NCBI RefSeq assembly: GCF_000372725.1
Contig: NW_005202427.1
Span: 801,581 to 865,580 of the forward strand
Source: Emiliania huxleyi CCMP1516
Taxonomy: Eukaryota
Direction of reading: 5' to 3'
DNA length: 64,000 nt
Made by a program: the position numbers and the translations under genes. Below are positions 47,640 through 61,449 of this stretch, in pieces. Under the pieces are notes generated by a model. That model was not told the DNA's origin and did not search any database. It saw only the letters and a program-made list of their open reading frames with translations. Within the stretch, counting starts at the first letter, position 1. Every line of letters starts with the position of its first letter.

Positions 47640-49470
47640 ATGTCGGTGCGTCTTTCTCATGCTCCCGCGCCCCCCGCGCCCGAACTATGCACGGGCCCGG
47701 CTCGCCCGCTTGGGGATCCACCCGGCACATCCCCGCCTCCCACCTGCCGGCTTGCCTGCCGTCAGTTCGCGAAGGATCGCCCACAACTGTCAGCAACAGA
47801 AATCCAGCAGTTTTTGGGCTGCCTTCAGCCTCGCCTCACAGCCGACCTTCTGGTCGTACGCGGGTTCTTAAGGGTCGTACATGCCCGCCATGACGTCTTC
47901 CAACCGGCCGTTCGCAGGCGGTAGCTTCGCACGTCCCCGACAACTCCGAGAATGACCCGCACGAGAAGTGCGCGTCGGCGGCGCACTTTTCCTCCCAGGC
48001 TGTGGCTGCTGCCTTGGCCACCCTGGCCTCCCTCGAGGGGTCGCCAGGACCCGCCGCGGCCCTGGCGCGGCCCACGGGCGGCTTTATGCTCATCGACGCC
48101 TTCACCCTCGTCGGCCTGGCCGGAAAATACGCCAGCCGCTCGGGTGCCGCCCGCCTCCTAGAGGCCNNNNNNNNNNNNNNNNNNNNNNNNNNNNNNNNNN
48201 NNNNNNNNNNNNNNNNNNNNNNNNNNNNNNNNNNNNNNNNNNNNNNNNNNNNNNNNNNNNNNNNNNTTCTACCCCAAGAGAGTCCCGATACCCGAGCAAA
48301 AGTACCTTCAAACTACGGACGAGATTTCAAATGACACTTGCAAATCCACGTACCCGCGGCCAGGGGGCGCTCGCTGCCATCAAGAATCACAAGGACTGGT
48401 ACGCGCACCAGGAACTCGTCAAGGCGCGGGATGTGCACGTCAAGAACAACCCGTCCCTCGGAGACAACGCCGTCAACAACCGCGAAGCCGCGCGCTTCGT
48501 CTCCGCCTCAACGCCATTTGCCGGCAAGGCCCTCGATGTCCGTGTCGACGGCACGTACGCCACCGCCCTCTCCTCCGACACCCTCCAGGACGAGCTCCAG
48601 CGGAAGCTCGGCCTTTGGCTCTCCGTGGCCCACGTGGCGCTTCCCACCCTTCGGGTCGCGCTCGAGCGGGGCATGCCAGTCGATTTCTTCGGCGACTACC
48701 TTTACAACAAGGCCCACCACCGGCGGCCCCACGACGGCGTCCTCGCCGCCTGGGCGGACGCGATGCGCGCCCCGGCCAACGCGCCGGTCGTGCACGGTGA
48801 CAAGGAGAAACCAGAGAGCTCACCCGGCAGTACAACGAGGGGTACAAGGTCGACCTCGCGGAACCCCACGCTGGCCCGGGAGGATGCGATGAGGTGAATG
48901 AAGTCAAGCTCTGGACGCCCCTCCTCAAGACCTCCTCGGCGGGCGTTGGCAACGCCTCGAGTGGCGGCACGCCCGCCTCCGTTGGCCACTCCTACGCCTT
49001 CGGCAACACCGAAGAGAAGGCCCGCCGCCTGAACATGGGCTGCAAGGCGCGCGGGCAGCCCGGCCAACCCTTCTCCCACAAGACCGGCCACGGCTACGTC
49101 AAGGCGCATCGCGGTTTCTACCACGACGCGATCTTTGTCAAGCGCAACAACTTCAACCTGCTGCTCCACGAGACGTTCGGCGGCGGCTTCTCGCCCACCG
49201 CCGTTCTCAAGCTGCGCCGCCTCGCGCGCAAAGTCGCGCGCGGCAGCGTTGACCGCACAGCCTACTCGCCCAAGTACTCGCTCTCTTTTATGTCCCACCA
49301 TGCAGAGCGCATCTCTCTCTCTGTTGTGCGAGGCGTGAAACCGCGCCATTCGCGCTCACCTGGCAACCCTGTCTGCACGTCTCGCGCGCCCGTGAACAGG
49401 GCTCCAGGCCCCAAATGACGTGTGAGTGTTAGTATAGAGTGTGTTAGAGTTGTTTGGTATTGCTAAAAAA
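47640..49470 (+). mobile_element. CRE-like non-LTR retrotransposon 3' part (restriction-like endonuclease), frameshifted
   Basis: HRRPHDGV, VDL...NEVK, LLLHETFGGGFSPTAVLKLRRLA, HAERISLSVVRG resemble RLE C-terminal motifs; 3'UTR shared with micro-insertions. Confidence 0.7.
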
Positions 49471-49720
49471 AAACACACCACTCCAAGTGCTCCAGACGCA
49501 GAGACGAATCCACATCCAGGAATCTCCTCAGTATAGATCATTTGCCGCCCCACAAGCAAAAAAGAATACACAGCTTCAGATTGAAAACTCGATGACGTCA
49601 TCGGGCCGAGGCGCGAGGGCGGCGGGAGGAACCGGAGGATGAGACGTGGTCGTGCATCGGGCTACTTACTCTTTACACACGAACAGGTAGAAACTCACGT
49701 ACACGTTTCAGGGAAACGTG

Positions 49721-49792
49721 AGAGAGAGAGAGAGAGAGTTTTAGCAATACCAAACAACTCTAACACTCACACGTCATTTGGGGCCTGGTGTT
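49721..49792 (-). mobile_element. CRE-like 3'-end micro-insertion with (TC)n tail, 8-bp TSD
   Basis: Reverse complement of 49404-49468 plus (TC)n; GAAACGTG on both sides. Confidence 0.85.
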
Positions 49793-50079
49793 GAAACGTG
49801 TTGGGAGTTTGTCGTGTTGGTCCCATGACGAACACATTTATCTCCTGTTTTTTTCAAGCCTCCATTCTTCTTTCGCAGGAGTCGCTTAGGCGGCTCCCGT
49901 GGTGTACCCGTGTTAGTGCCAAGGCGCGCCAGTCCTGTGCCCTCAAGAAAGAAATAAAACACCTCTGCACGCCTAACAATGTCGGCGAATCCACATCTGG
50001 ATTGCGAAAGCGAGCACACCGCCAGCAAAACGCCGCGCAAGCCGCACCGCCAACACACCGCCGCGCAAGCCGAGACAGC

Positions 50080-50947
50080 ATGCCCTTTGTCCTCTTTCTT
50101 GCCCTGCTTGCGTCCGCCACGGCGGCGCCTACCACGAAAGGCCGGCGCGCGAACGAACAACCCAAAGTTCGTCTGGTTGTCACCGGCGAGACCAACGTGG
50201 CGAGGACCACGCGTGGCGCGCGAGCTTCAAACCGGGTGGCGCAGATGGCGGCTATGGGCGGAAACGTCACTATGACAATCCGAGCAGCCCACAACACCTT
50301 CACTGTGGTCGAAGTCGCGGACCCCAACGAGGCGCGATTGTTCAAGGAGCAGGCGGAGCGCTCGGGGCTAAGGGTCGAGGAGGATCAGCGGCGCTACCCA
50401 GGACCGATCATCTCCGCCACGCGGACGCAGCCGCTAGCCGAGGAAACGCCATGGGGGATCGAGCGTGTGTACAACGGAGCGGTGCCGAACGCCTCCTTCT
50501 TCCCGTCGGCGGTGACGCATCCGCTCTGCATCATCGACTCTGGCTACCTGCTCACACACCCTGACCTTCCCTCTGACGCCACCGCGGCGGACCCGCTCCA
50601 AGCTGACCCAGCCGGCACGATGTACTTCGGCGGCGACCTCTGCAACCACGGCACGCATGTCCTCATCCTCTCCGCCGCCCCTCTCCGCCGCCATCATTCT
50701 CTGCCCGCCGTCTCTCCGCCGCGGCCCCCTTTTCCCCACACTCCTCCTCCATCATCCCCCCCCCCCCCCCCCCGCACGCACGCGCGCGCGCACGCACGCA
50801 CGCGGAGGTCGGACCCGAGCCGCCGCGTCAGACACGCCTCGCGGCCACGCAGGTACCCGTCCTATACCAACGCCGAGGTCCGCACGGCGCTTGAGGGGGG
50901 CGCCGAGGATCTGGGCGAGCCAGGCCGCGACAACCAGTTCGGCCATG
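50080..50947 (+). CDS. Subtilisin (S8) protease, copy 1, incomplete/scrambled
   Basis: Signal MPFVLFLALLASATA, prodomain ...VEEDQRR, TPWGIERV, CIIDSG (Asp), NHGTH (His), AEDLGEPGRDNQFGH; middle exons absent. Confidence 0.85.
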
Positions 50948-51619
50948 NNNNNNNNNNNNNNNNNNNNNNNNNNNNNNNNNNNNNNNNNNNNNNNNNNNNN
51001 NNNNNNNNNNNNNNNNNNNNNNNNNNNNNNNNNNNNNNNNNNNNNNNGTCGAAGAGTGCATCCTCATCTGCAGCGAGATCGTGTAAGCAGCTGTCGCCGA
51101 CGACGTCGTCGAAGAACACTGCCGTGGCTAAAGCGGCCCTGACCACCGTCCTCCACCACCGCAGTGCCGCGGGTCGCTGCCGCCGTCGCCGCCGTTGCCG
51201 TCGCCCAGAGGGCGCAGCGGCGACGCAGCCACCGGCTTATGGCATCGTCTTGGGGTTGTGCTCGCGCCGGTCGACCTCGCCGAGACGCTAGCGCGCGCGA
51301 GGGAGGCATGTGCGTTGCGCCGCTCAGCGGCCGTGGAGGGCGAGCGCGGGGGATGCGCGCGCTCACTAATAAGTGCTACATTGTGCGTGCTGTATGTCGG
51401 TCTGCACACTGTACAGTGCCGCGGTGCCAGTGGGGTGTGAATGTGAACACTGACCCTCACACAGTAAGGGTTGGTCAACCATGTGGGTGTCTATGTGTTT
51501 CCCTCGGGCAGTAGATTCTTATTTCATCGTCAAAAAGCGCCCGTATTCACTTGCCAAAATCGCGACCCGGGGTGTTCGACCGGGCTATCGGACCGTCCGA
51601 CGTCACGTCAAGAGATACA

Positions 51620-52624
51620 TAAGAACAAAACCCGTCCCTCGCCACCCTCGGAGACAGCGCCGTCAACAACCGCGAAGCCGCGCGCTTCGTCTCCGCCTCA
51701 ACGCCATTTGCCGGCAAGGCCCTCGATGTCCGTGTCGACGGCACGTACGCCACCGCCCTCTCCTCCGACACCCTCCAGGACGAGCTCCAGCGGAAGCTCG
51801 GCCTTTGGCTCTCCGTGGCCCCCGTGGCGCTTCCCACCCTTCGGGTCGCGCTCGAGCGGGGCATGCCAGTCGATTTCTTCGGCGACTACCTTTACAACAA
51901 GGCCCACCACCGGCGGCCCCACGACGGCGTCCTCGCCGCCTGGGCGGACGCGATGCGCGCCCCGGCCAACGCGCCGGTCGTGCACGGTGACAAGGAGAAA
52001 CCAGAGAGCTCACCCGGCAGTACAACGAGGGGTACAAGGTCGACCTCGCGGAACCCCACGCTGGCCCGGGAGGATGCGATGAGGTGAATGAAGTCAAGCT
52101 CTGGACGCCCCTCCTCAAGACCTCCTCGGCGGGCGTTGGCAACGCCTCGAGTGGCGGCACGCCCGCCTCCGTTGGCCACTCCTACGCCTTCGGCAACACC
52201 GAAGAGAAGGCCCGCCGCCTGAACATGGGCTGCAAGGCGCGCGGGCAGCCCGGCCAACCCTTCTCCCACAAGACCGGCCACGGCTACGTCAAGGCGCATC
52301 GCGGTTTCTACCACGACGCGATCTTTGTCAAGCGCAACAACTTCAACCTGCTGCTCCACGAGACGTTCGGCGGCGGCTTCTCGCCCACCGCCGTTCTCAA
52401 GCTGCGCCGCCTCGCGCGCAAAGTCGCGCGCGGCAGCGTTGAGTCGCACAGCCTACTCGCCCAAGTACTCGCTCTCTTTTATGTCCCACCATGCAGAGCG
52501 CATCTCTCTCTCTGTTGTGCGAGGCGTGAAACCGCGCCATTCGCTCTCACCTGGCAACCCTGTCTGCACGTCTCGCGCGCGCGTGAACAGGGCTCCAGGC
52601 CCCAAATGACGTGTGAGTGTTAGT
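51620..52624 (+). mobile_element. CRE-like retrotransposon 3' part, copy 2
   Basis: Near-identical to 48440-49433. Confidence 0.8.
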
Positions 52625-52800
52625 NNNNNNNNNNNNNNNNNNNNNNNNNNNNNNNNNNNNNNNNNNNNNNNNNNNNNNNNNNNNNNNNNNNNNNNNNNNN
52701 NNNNNNNNNNNNNNNNNNNNNNNNCGCAAGTATAGTGCCCGACCCGCCTTCCGGGCCAAACGCCGCGCTCCGCTCGCCACCCGCCGCCGTCTGCTGACAG

Positions 52801-54535
52801 GTACACCTGGCTCGTCTCGCTCCAGTACGACAGCGGCTTCCACTTCTGCGGCGGCACGCTCATCGCGCCCGATTGGGTGCTCACCGCCGCGCACTGCACG
52901 CAAGACACCGTCGGCCGCGTGGCCGTCGGCATGCACGTCGTCGCCGACGTGAACACCGACCCGTGCGTCTCCTTGCACGAGGTGGCGGAGATCTTGAACC
53001 ACGAGGACTACGGCTCTCCCAATTCAGAAAGCAACGACGTCTCGCTGCTCAAGCTCGCCACGCCTGTGACCGGCTATGCGCCCATCGATTTGCTCGACGG
53101 CCCGGGCATGGACACGCCCTTCCAGGAGCACCTCGCCATGCTCACCGTCGCCGGCTGGGGCACCATGTCCTCCGGCGGCGTGTCCTCGCCGGAGGCCATG
53201 GAGGTCGACGTGCCGGTGGTCCAGAATGAGGACTGCAACGTTGACTACAGTGGCCAGATTGACGACACGATGATCTGCGCCGGCGACACCGTGAATGGCG
53301 GCGAGGACGCGTGCCAGGGCGACTCGGGTGGCCCCCTCTTCGGCATCGACGCCGACGGCAACTACGTGCTCACGGGCATCGTGAGTTGGGGCTCCGGCTG
53401 CGCCGACGCCAACTTCCCGGGCGTCTACGCGCGCGTCTCCCACTTTGATGAGTGGGTCTGCGCGAGGACGGACGGCGCGGTCTGTGGATTTTATCCTCGG
53501 TCGCCGCCGCCGCCACCGCCGCCGAGCGCATCACCGTCACCGCCGTCGCCACCATCGCCGCCGCCCTCGCCGCCGCCACCGCCCGCGCCTCCGTCGCCGC
53601 CACCAGCAGCGCAGCTGCTCGACCTTCGCACGGCCACCACGTACCAGGACTCGAGCTTGTTCGACAAGCAGGCGCCCGTGAGCGACCTGTCATACGCCGA
53701 CAGCACGACGGGACGGCCGTGGGCCGAGTGCGGCCACTACACAAGCCAATGGTGGGGCGTCGACCTCGGGAGCGAGGTGTATGTGCGCTACGTGCGGCTG
53801 CAGAACCGCAACGACTGCTGCCCGGAGCGGCTGACGGACGTCGACATCTATCTCGGCTCGACGGCGGAGACGTACACGGGCAACGCGCTGGTGAAGTCGG
53901 ACGTGAGCGTGTCGTCGAACGTGATGTTGGAGGTGGAGATCAACGCGCTGGGGCGCTACATCTACCTCAACCGGCCGTCTGCGGCGGGGCTGACGGTGTG
54001 CAAGTTCTACGTCTTCGCTTCGCCCGCGCCGCCGTCACAATCATCACCGCCTCCCCCGCCGCCGTCACCACCATCGCCACCGCCTCCCTCAGCATCGCCG
54101 TCGCCCCCGCCGCCGTCCGTCTCGCCGTCGCCGCCGCCGCCGTCCGCCTCACCATCGCCGCCGCCGCCCTCAGCATCGCCGTCGCCCCCGCCGCCCTCAG
54201 CATCACCGTCACCCCCGCCGCCATCCGTGTCGCCGTCGCCGCCGCCTCCCTCGGCATCGCCCTCGCCCCCGCCGCCGTCCGCCTCGCCCTCGCCGCCGCC
54301 TCCCTCCGCCTCACCATCTCCGCCGCCTCCCTCCGCCTCACCGTCACCACCGCCTCCCTCAGCATCGCCCTCGCCGCCGCCTCCCTCCACCTCGCCGTCG
54401 CCGCCGCCTCCGTCCGCCTCGCCCTCGCCGCCGCCTCCCTCCGCCTCGCCGTCGCCGCCGCCGCCGTCCACGTCGCCGTCGCCGCCGCCTCCCTCCGCCT
54501 CGCCGTCGCCGCCGCCTCCCTCCGCCTCGCCGTCT
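52801..54535 (+). CDS. Trypsin (S1) + F5/8-C/fucolectin-like + Pro/Ser linker module, gap-bounded partial copy
   Basis: CGGTLI, LTAAHC, NDVSLL, DACQGDSGGP; WWGVDLG...VRLQNRNDCCPERL; (ASPSPPPPS)n. Confidence 0.9.
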
Positions 54536-54635
54536 NNNNNNNNNNNNNNNNNNNNNNNNNNNNNNNNNNNNNNNNNNNNNNNNNNNNNNNNNNNNNNNNN
54601 NNNNNNNNNNNNNNNNNNNNNNNNNNNNNNNNNNN

Positions 54636-54712
54636 CCGGGCTATGATTCGTTTAGTGGGACCTCCATGGCCGCGCCGCACGTCTCTGGCCTGGCAATGGT
54701 GCTCTGGAACAA
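54636..54712 (+). CDS. Subtilisin catalytic-Ser exon fragment
   Basis: GYDSFSGTSMAAPHVSGLAMVLWN(K) followed by a GTGAG donor. Confidence 0.85.
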
Positions 54713-54741
54713 GTGAGCCCCCCCCCCCCCCCCTCTTGCAG

Positions 54742-57700
54742 GTGTGCTGGGTTGCGCAGCCGCCTTCGTCGCCGTCGCCGCCGATCGCTCCATCGGCCCC
54801 CCCAATCGAGTTCCAGGTCACCGTGGGTGGCGGCGGCTGGCAGTACGAGGTGTCGTGGACCCTGACGTGCAGCGGCGCGTTGATTGGCAGTGGAGGGGCC
54901 CCCTACTCCGGCACCCTGTCCGCGCCGCCCGGCGAGTGCACGCTCGACATGTACGACTCGTACGGCGACGGCTGGAACGGCAACTTGTGGGAGGGTGCGG
55001 GCTATACGTTCACCTTCGACTCCGGTTCCTATGGCAGCGCGACCTTCACCCTCACCGCCCTCCCTCCGTCCTCTCCGCCGTCACCGTCCCTGCCGCCGCT
55101 GCCGCCGCTGCCGGGCTACTGCTTCGCCACCTCGGCGGTCGCATCCAAGGCCGTCGTTGTCCCCAAGATTGTCGGCCCCAAGATTGTCGGCGGCGTGCCC
55201 GTCGACCCCGCGCGCAAGTATGTGCCCGACCCGCCTTCCCGCGCCAACGCCGCGCTCCGCTCGCCACCCGCCGCCGTCTGCTGACAGGTACACCTGGCTC
55301 GTCTCGCTCCAGTACGACAGCGGCTTCCACTTCTGCGGCGGCACGCTCATCGCGCCCGATTGGGTGCTCACCGCCGCGCACTGCACGCAAGACACCGTCG
55401 GCCGCGTGGCCGTCGGCATGCACGTCGTCGCCGACGTGAACACCGACCCGTGCGTCTCCTTGCACGAGGTGGCGGAGATCTTGAACCACGAGGACTACGG
55501 CTCTCCCAATTCAGAAAGCAACGACGTCTCGCTGCTCAAGCTCGCCACGCCTGTGACCGGCTATGCGCCCATCGACTTGCTCGACGGCCCGGGCATGGAC
55601 ACGCCCTTCCAGGAGCACCTCGCCATGCTCACCGTCGCCGGCTGGGGCACCATGTCCTCCGGCGGCGTGTCCTCGCCGGAGGCCATGGAGGTCGACGTGC
55701 CGGTGGTCCAGAATGAGGACTGCAACGTTGACTACAGTGGCCAGATTGACGACACGATGATCTGCGCCGGCGACACCGTGAATGGCGGCGAGGACGCGTG
55801 CCAGGGCGACTCGGGTGGCCCCCTCTTCGGCATCGACGCCGACGGCAACTACGTGCTCACGGGCATCGTGAGTTGGGGCTCCGGCTGCGCCGACGCCAAC
55901 TTCCCGGGCGTCTACGCGCGCGTCTCCCACTTTGATGAGTGGGTCTGCGCGAGGACGGACGGCGCGGTCTGTGGATTTTATCCTCGGTCGCCGCCGCCGC
56001 CACCGCCGCCGAGCGCATCACCGTCACCGCCGTCGCCACCATCGCCGCCGCCCTCGCCGCCGCCACCGCCCGCGCCTCCGTCGCCGCCACCAGCAGCGCA
56101 GCTGCTCGACCTTCGCACGGCCACCACGTACCAGGACTCGAGCTGGTTCGACAAGCAGGCGCCCGTGAGCGACCTGTCATATGCCGACAGCACGACGGGA
56201 CGGCCGTGGGCCGAGTGCGGCCACTACACAAGCCACACGTGGGGCGTCGACCTCGGGAGCGAGGTGTATGTGCGCTACGTGCGGCTGCAGAACCGCAACG
56301 ACTGCTGCCCGGAGCGGCTGACGGACGTCGACATCTATCTCGGCTCGACGGCGGAGACGTACACGGGCAACGCGCTGGTGAAGTCGGACGTGAGCGTGTC
56401 GTCGAACGTGATGTTGGAGGTGGAGATCAACGCGCTGGGGCGCTACATCTACCTCAACCGGCCGTCTGCGGCGGGGCTGACGGTGTGCAAGTTCTACGTC
56501 TTCGCTTCGCCCGCGACGCCGCCGTCCGTCTCGCCGTCGCCGCCGCCGCCGTCCGCCTCACCCTCGCCGCCGCCGCCCTCAGCATCGCCGTCGCCCCCGT
56601 CGCCCTCAGCATCGCCGTCACCCCCGCCGGCATCCGTGTCGCCGTCGCCGCCGCCTCCCTCGGCATCGCCCTCGCCCCCGCCGCCGTCCGCCTCGCCCTC
56701 GCCGCCGCCTCCCTCCGCCTCACCGTCACCACCGCCTCCCTCAGCATCGCCCTCGTCGCCGTCCGCCCGGCCCGTGCCTCCTCCTCCGTCGGCCTCGCCG
56801 TCGCCGTCCGCCCGGCCCGTGCCGCCTCCTCCGTCGGCCTCGCCGTCGCCGTCCGCCCGGCCCGTGCCGCCTCCTCCGTCGGCCTCGCCGTCGCCGCCGC
56901 TGCCACCTGCTTCACCGCCCACCCCTGTGTGCACACCGGTGCTTTACCAGACGTCGGCAGCGCTGCCGACCGACGCGCCGCTGGTAGCACGAGCTCCCGC
57001 CTTCATCGACCCGATTGCAAGCGCCCTCATCATCCAAGGGACCGGCGTGAGCGGGAGTGTGTCTGCCTCGGGCATCGCTGTCGGGCGCGACTACGCCGGT
57101 GACGACATCTTAGACACCCTTGCTGATGGGACGCCCGGCGCGATCCGCGCCCAGATCTTTACCAACTTCAGCCAGGAGCGCACCGTCAAGGTCACAGCCA
57201 CCATCTTTGAGAAGGATGACAGCTTCCCCCCGGGCTTCAATCCTGCGGCTCCGGCGTACCGGGGCGATATCGAGTTCGAGAGTGAGAGCTTCACCGGTCT
57301 CTTTCCATACGACGTCGAGGACCAGGCGGCCACTGACGTGATTGTCCCGATCGACCTGACCGGCGAGGCCATCAAGCGAGGCGCCACTTACATCGTCGGA
57401 ATTGTCGCTGAGGTGCCAGGCTTCAATTTGACGCAAGACTCGTCGTGGGGTCTCCTCTCCGTCAAACCAGTCACCGCCGGGGATCCAAGCCTGGCGATTA
57501 CCGTGCGCAACTTTGCGCCTGGCACGACTGTCACCTTCTTCGACGCATCCCTGTGTATCGCCGGGTGCCACGTGCCTGCTGCGGTGGCAGAGACTCCACC
57601 CACCAATCCAGGGGAGACCGGCAAGAGCTTTGCCAACAGCACGGTCTCCATCGAGCTGATCTCAAAGTGCCAGCCACCGTCAGCGCCTCCGCCGTCACCG

Positions 57701-60700
57701 CTGCCTCCATTCCCACCGCCGCCCAGCCCGCCACCGCCCTCGCCGCCGCCTCCGACCCCCTCTCCTTCGCCGACTCCTTCGCCCACCCTGCCCGGCACCT
57801 GCTTCCCGAGCCCGACATCGCTCTCGACCAAGATTGTCGGCGGCGAGGAGATCGACCCGCCGCGCCTCTACCAGTTCCTCGCCCACCTCGGCGGCTGCGG
57901 CGCCATCCTCATCCACGCGGAGTGGGCGCTGACGGCCGCACACTGCGCGCCCTACTTTGGCGCTGGCTCCGAGATTCTCCTTGGTCAGCACTCGCGCAAC
58001 GCTGCCGGATCCGGCGCTGATGAGTGCGTCGAGCGGCTCGAGGTGGTGACCATCGTCCCTCACGAAGACTACAACGGTGGCACTTTCGACAACGACATTG
58101 CGCTCATCAAGTTGTCCGCCCCGAGCGAGTACGCCGCGATCGATATGCTCGACCAGCCTGATGACGACACCTGGCACAGCGCGGGCACGCCGCTCGTCGT
58201 GGCGGGCTGGGGCACGCTCTCGTCGGGCGGCAACACGCCCGACAAGGCACAGCATGTGACCGTGCCGGCCGTGCCCGAGTGCGCCGAAACTGGCTACGGC
58301 AACCAGTACAACCCTGCAACGATGGTGTGCGCTGGCGAGACGGGGCTCGACAGTTGCCAGGGCGACTCGGGCGGGCCTCTTTTTGGCATTGACAGCTCGG
58401 GCAAGCGCACACTGGTCGGGATTGTCAGCTGGGGATATGGTTGTGCGGCCAACAACTACCCCGGTGTCTATGCGCGTGTGCAGGCCTACACCGACTGGAT
58501 CTGCGACTTGACCAGTGGCGACGTTTGCTCGACCGGCATGCCGCCCGCCTCCCCGTCGCCGCCAAAGCCACCTCCCGCATCGCCATCGCCGCCGCCGCCA
58601 CCGGCCACGCCGCCGCCGTCATGCCCGCTCGGCGACGTCTGCGTCACCGGCCCGTGCTTGATCACCGACGGCGGCTCGTGCGCCACCTCGCCCGACTTCC
58701 CGAACGACTACCCGAACCTCGAGGGCTGCACCCTCTACGGCATGCCGCCGGTCGGGCTGGACGTGATCGCCTTTGACGTGGAGGAGCACTCCAACTGCCG
58801 CTACGACTACCTCACCGTCAACGGCGTAAAGTACTGCGGCACCTCGGGCCCGGCCGGGGTCGTGCCGTCGGATGGGACCATGACGTGGGTCTCTGACGGT
58901 TCGGTCACCGAGTCAGGCTGGAAGGCGCGCGCTCCTTTCTCTTGCTCCCTGCTTCCCTCCTGAGCTCTCACGCTCACCCAGCCCCGGTGCCCAACCCCCT
59001 ATGTCCCCCCCCGCCCCCCCCCCCCTCTTGCAGGTGTGCTGGGTTGCGCAGCCGCCTTCGTCGCCGTCGCCGCCGATCGCTCCATCGGCCCCCCCAATCG
59101 AGTTCCAGGTCACCGTGGGTGGCGGCGGCTGGCAGTACGAGGTGTCGTGGACCCTGACGTGCAGCGGCGCGTTGATTGGCAGTGGAGGGGCCCCCTACTC
59201 CGGCACCCTGTCCGCGCCGCCCGGCGAGTGCACGCTCGACATGTACGACTCGTACGGCGACGGCTGGAACGGCAACTTGTGGGAGGGTGCGGGCTATACG
59301 TTCACGTTCGACTCCGGTTCCTATGGCAGCGCGACCTTCACCCTCACCGCCCTCCCTCCGTCCTCTCCGCCGTCACCGTCCCTGCCGCCGCTGCCGCCGC
59401 TGCCGGGCTACTGCTTCGCCACCTCGGCGGTCGCATCCAAGGCCGTCGTTGTCCCCAAGATTGTCGGCCCCAAGATTGTCGGCGGCGTGCCCGTCGACCC
59501 CGCGCGCAAGTATGTGCCCGACCCGCCTTCCCGCGCCAACGCCGCGCTCCGCTCGCCACCCGCCGCCGTCTGCTGACAGGTACACCTGGCTCGTCTCGCT
59601 CCAGTACGACAGCGGCTTCCACTTCTGCGGCGGCACGCTCATCGCGCCCGATTGGGTGCTCACCGCCGCGCACTGCACGCAAGACACCGTCGGCCGCGTG
59701 GCCGTCGGCATGCACGTCGTCGCCGACGTGAACACCGACCCGTGCGTCTCCTTGCACGAGGTGGCGGAGATCTTGAACCACGAGGACTACGGCTCTCCCA
59801 ATTCAGAAAGCAACGACGTCTCGCTGCTCAAGCTCGCCACGCCTGTGACCGGCTATGCGCCCATCGACTTGCTCGACGGCCCGGGCATGGACACGCCCTT
59901 CCAGGAGCACCTCGCCATGCTCACCGTCGCCGGCTGGGGCACCATGTCCTCCGGCGGCGTGTCCTCGCCGGAGGCCATGGAGGTCGACGTGCCGGTGGTC
60001 CAGAATGAGGACTGCAACGTTGACTACAATGGCCAGATTGACGACACGATGATCTGCGCCGGCGACACCGTGAATGGCGGCGAGGACGCGTGCCAGGGCG
60101 ACTCGGGTGGCCCCCTCTTCGGCATCGACGCCGACGGCAACTACGTGCTCACGGGCATCGTGAGTTGGGGCTCCGGCTGCGCCGACGCCAACTTCCCGGG
60201 CGTCTACGCGCGCGTCTCCCACTTTGATGAGTGGGTCTGCGCGAAGACGGACGGCGCGGTCTGTGGATTTTACCCTCGGTCGCCGCCGCCGCCACCGCCG
60301 CCGAGCGCATCACCGTCACCGCCGTCGCCACCATCGCCGCCGCCCTCGCCGCCGCCACCGCCCGCGCCTCCGTCGCCGCCACCAGCAGCGCAGCTGCTCG
60401 ACCTTCGCACGGCCACCACGTACCAGGACTCGAGCTTGTTCGACAAGCAGGCGCCCGTGAGCGACCTGTCATATGCCGACAGCACGACGGGACGGCCGTG
60501 GGCCGAGTGCGGCCACTACACAAGCCAATGGTGGGGCGTCGACCTCGGGAGCGAGGTGTATGTGCGCTACGTGCGGCTGCAGAACCGCAACGACTGCTGC
60601 CCGGAGCGGCTGACGGACGTCGACATCTATCTCGGCTCGACGGCGGAGACGTACACGGGCAACGCGCTGGTGAAGTCGGACGTGAGCGTGTCGTCGAACG

Positions 60701-61449
60701 TGATGTTGGAGGTGGAGATCAACGCGCTGGGGCGCTACATCTACCTCAACCGGCCGTCTGCGGCGGGGCTGACGGTGTGCAAGTTCTACGTCTTCGCTTC
60801 GCCCGCGCCGCCGTCACAATCATCACCGCCTCCCCCGCCGCCGCCTCCCTCCGCCTCGCCCTCGCCGCCGCCTCCCTCCGCCTCACCATCGCCGCCGCCG
60901 CCCTCAGCATCGCCGTCGCCCCCGCCGCCGTCCGTCTCGCCGTCGCCGCCGCCGCCGCCCGCCTCACCATCGCCGCCGCCGCCCTCAGCATCGCCGTCGC
61001 CCCCGCCGCCGTCCGTCTCGCCGTCGCCGCCGCCGCCGTCCGCCTCACCATCGCCGCCGCCGCCCTCAGCATCGCCGTCGCCCCCGCCGCCCTCAGCATC
61101 ACCGTCACCCCCGCCGCCATCCGTGTCGCCGTCGCCGCCGCCTCCCTCGGCATCGCCCTCGCCCCCACCGCCGTCCGCCTCGCCCTCGCCGCCGCCACCC
61201 TCACCGCCACAACCCTCCCCTCCTCCACCCACGCCGCCGTCGCCCTCTCCGCCGCCGGTCTCTCCGCCCCCATCCTCGCCGCCACCGCCATGCGATCAGA
61301 TGTGTCACTTTGCAGGAGCGGCCACGGCGTTGCCCTGCTCGATTTTTGCCGAGTTGCCGTGTCCGCTTCTCGCAGACCGCGGTTGTTCTCAATGTGCCGG
61401 GTGCTGTGGCCTGTCGCAGTGCATGTCGACAAACTCATCGGACTTTTGA
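54742..61449 (+). CDS. Multidomain polyprotease, 5' incomplete: DSYGDGW domain-trypsin-F5/8C-unknown domain-trypsin-CUB-DSYGDGW domain-trypsin-F5/8C-Cys tail; exons 54742-55217, 55288-58924, 59034-59509, 59580-61449
   Basis: Three K|IVGG trypsin domains with intact H/D/S; CUB (SPDFPNDY..C...CRYDYL...YCG...WVSDGSV..SGW); introns keep the frame. Confidence 0.88.

Noticed and set aside
54636..54800. Direct splicing of the S8 Ser exon to the VCWVAQ exon
   Set aside because: Phase mismatch; the join falls at a poly-C tract, so it is likely chimeric
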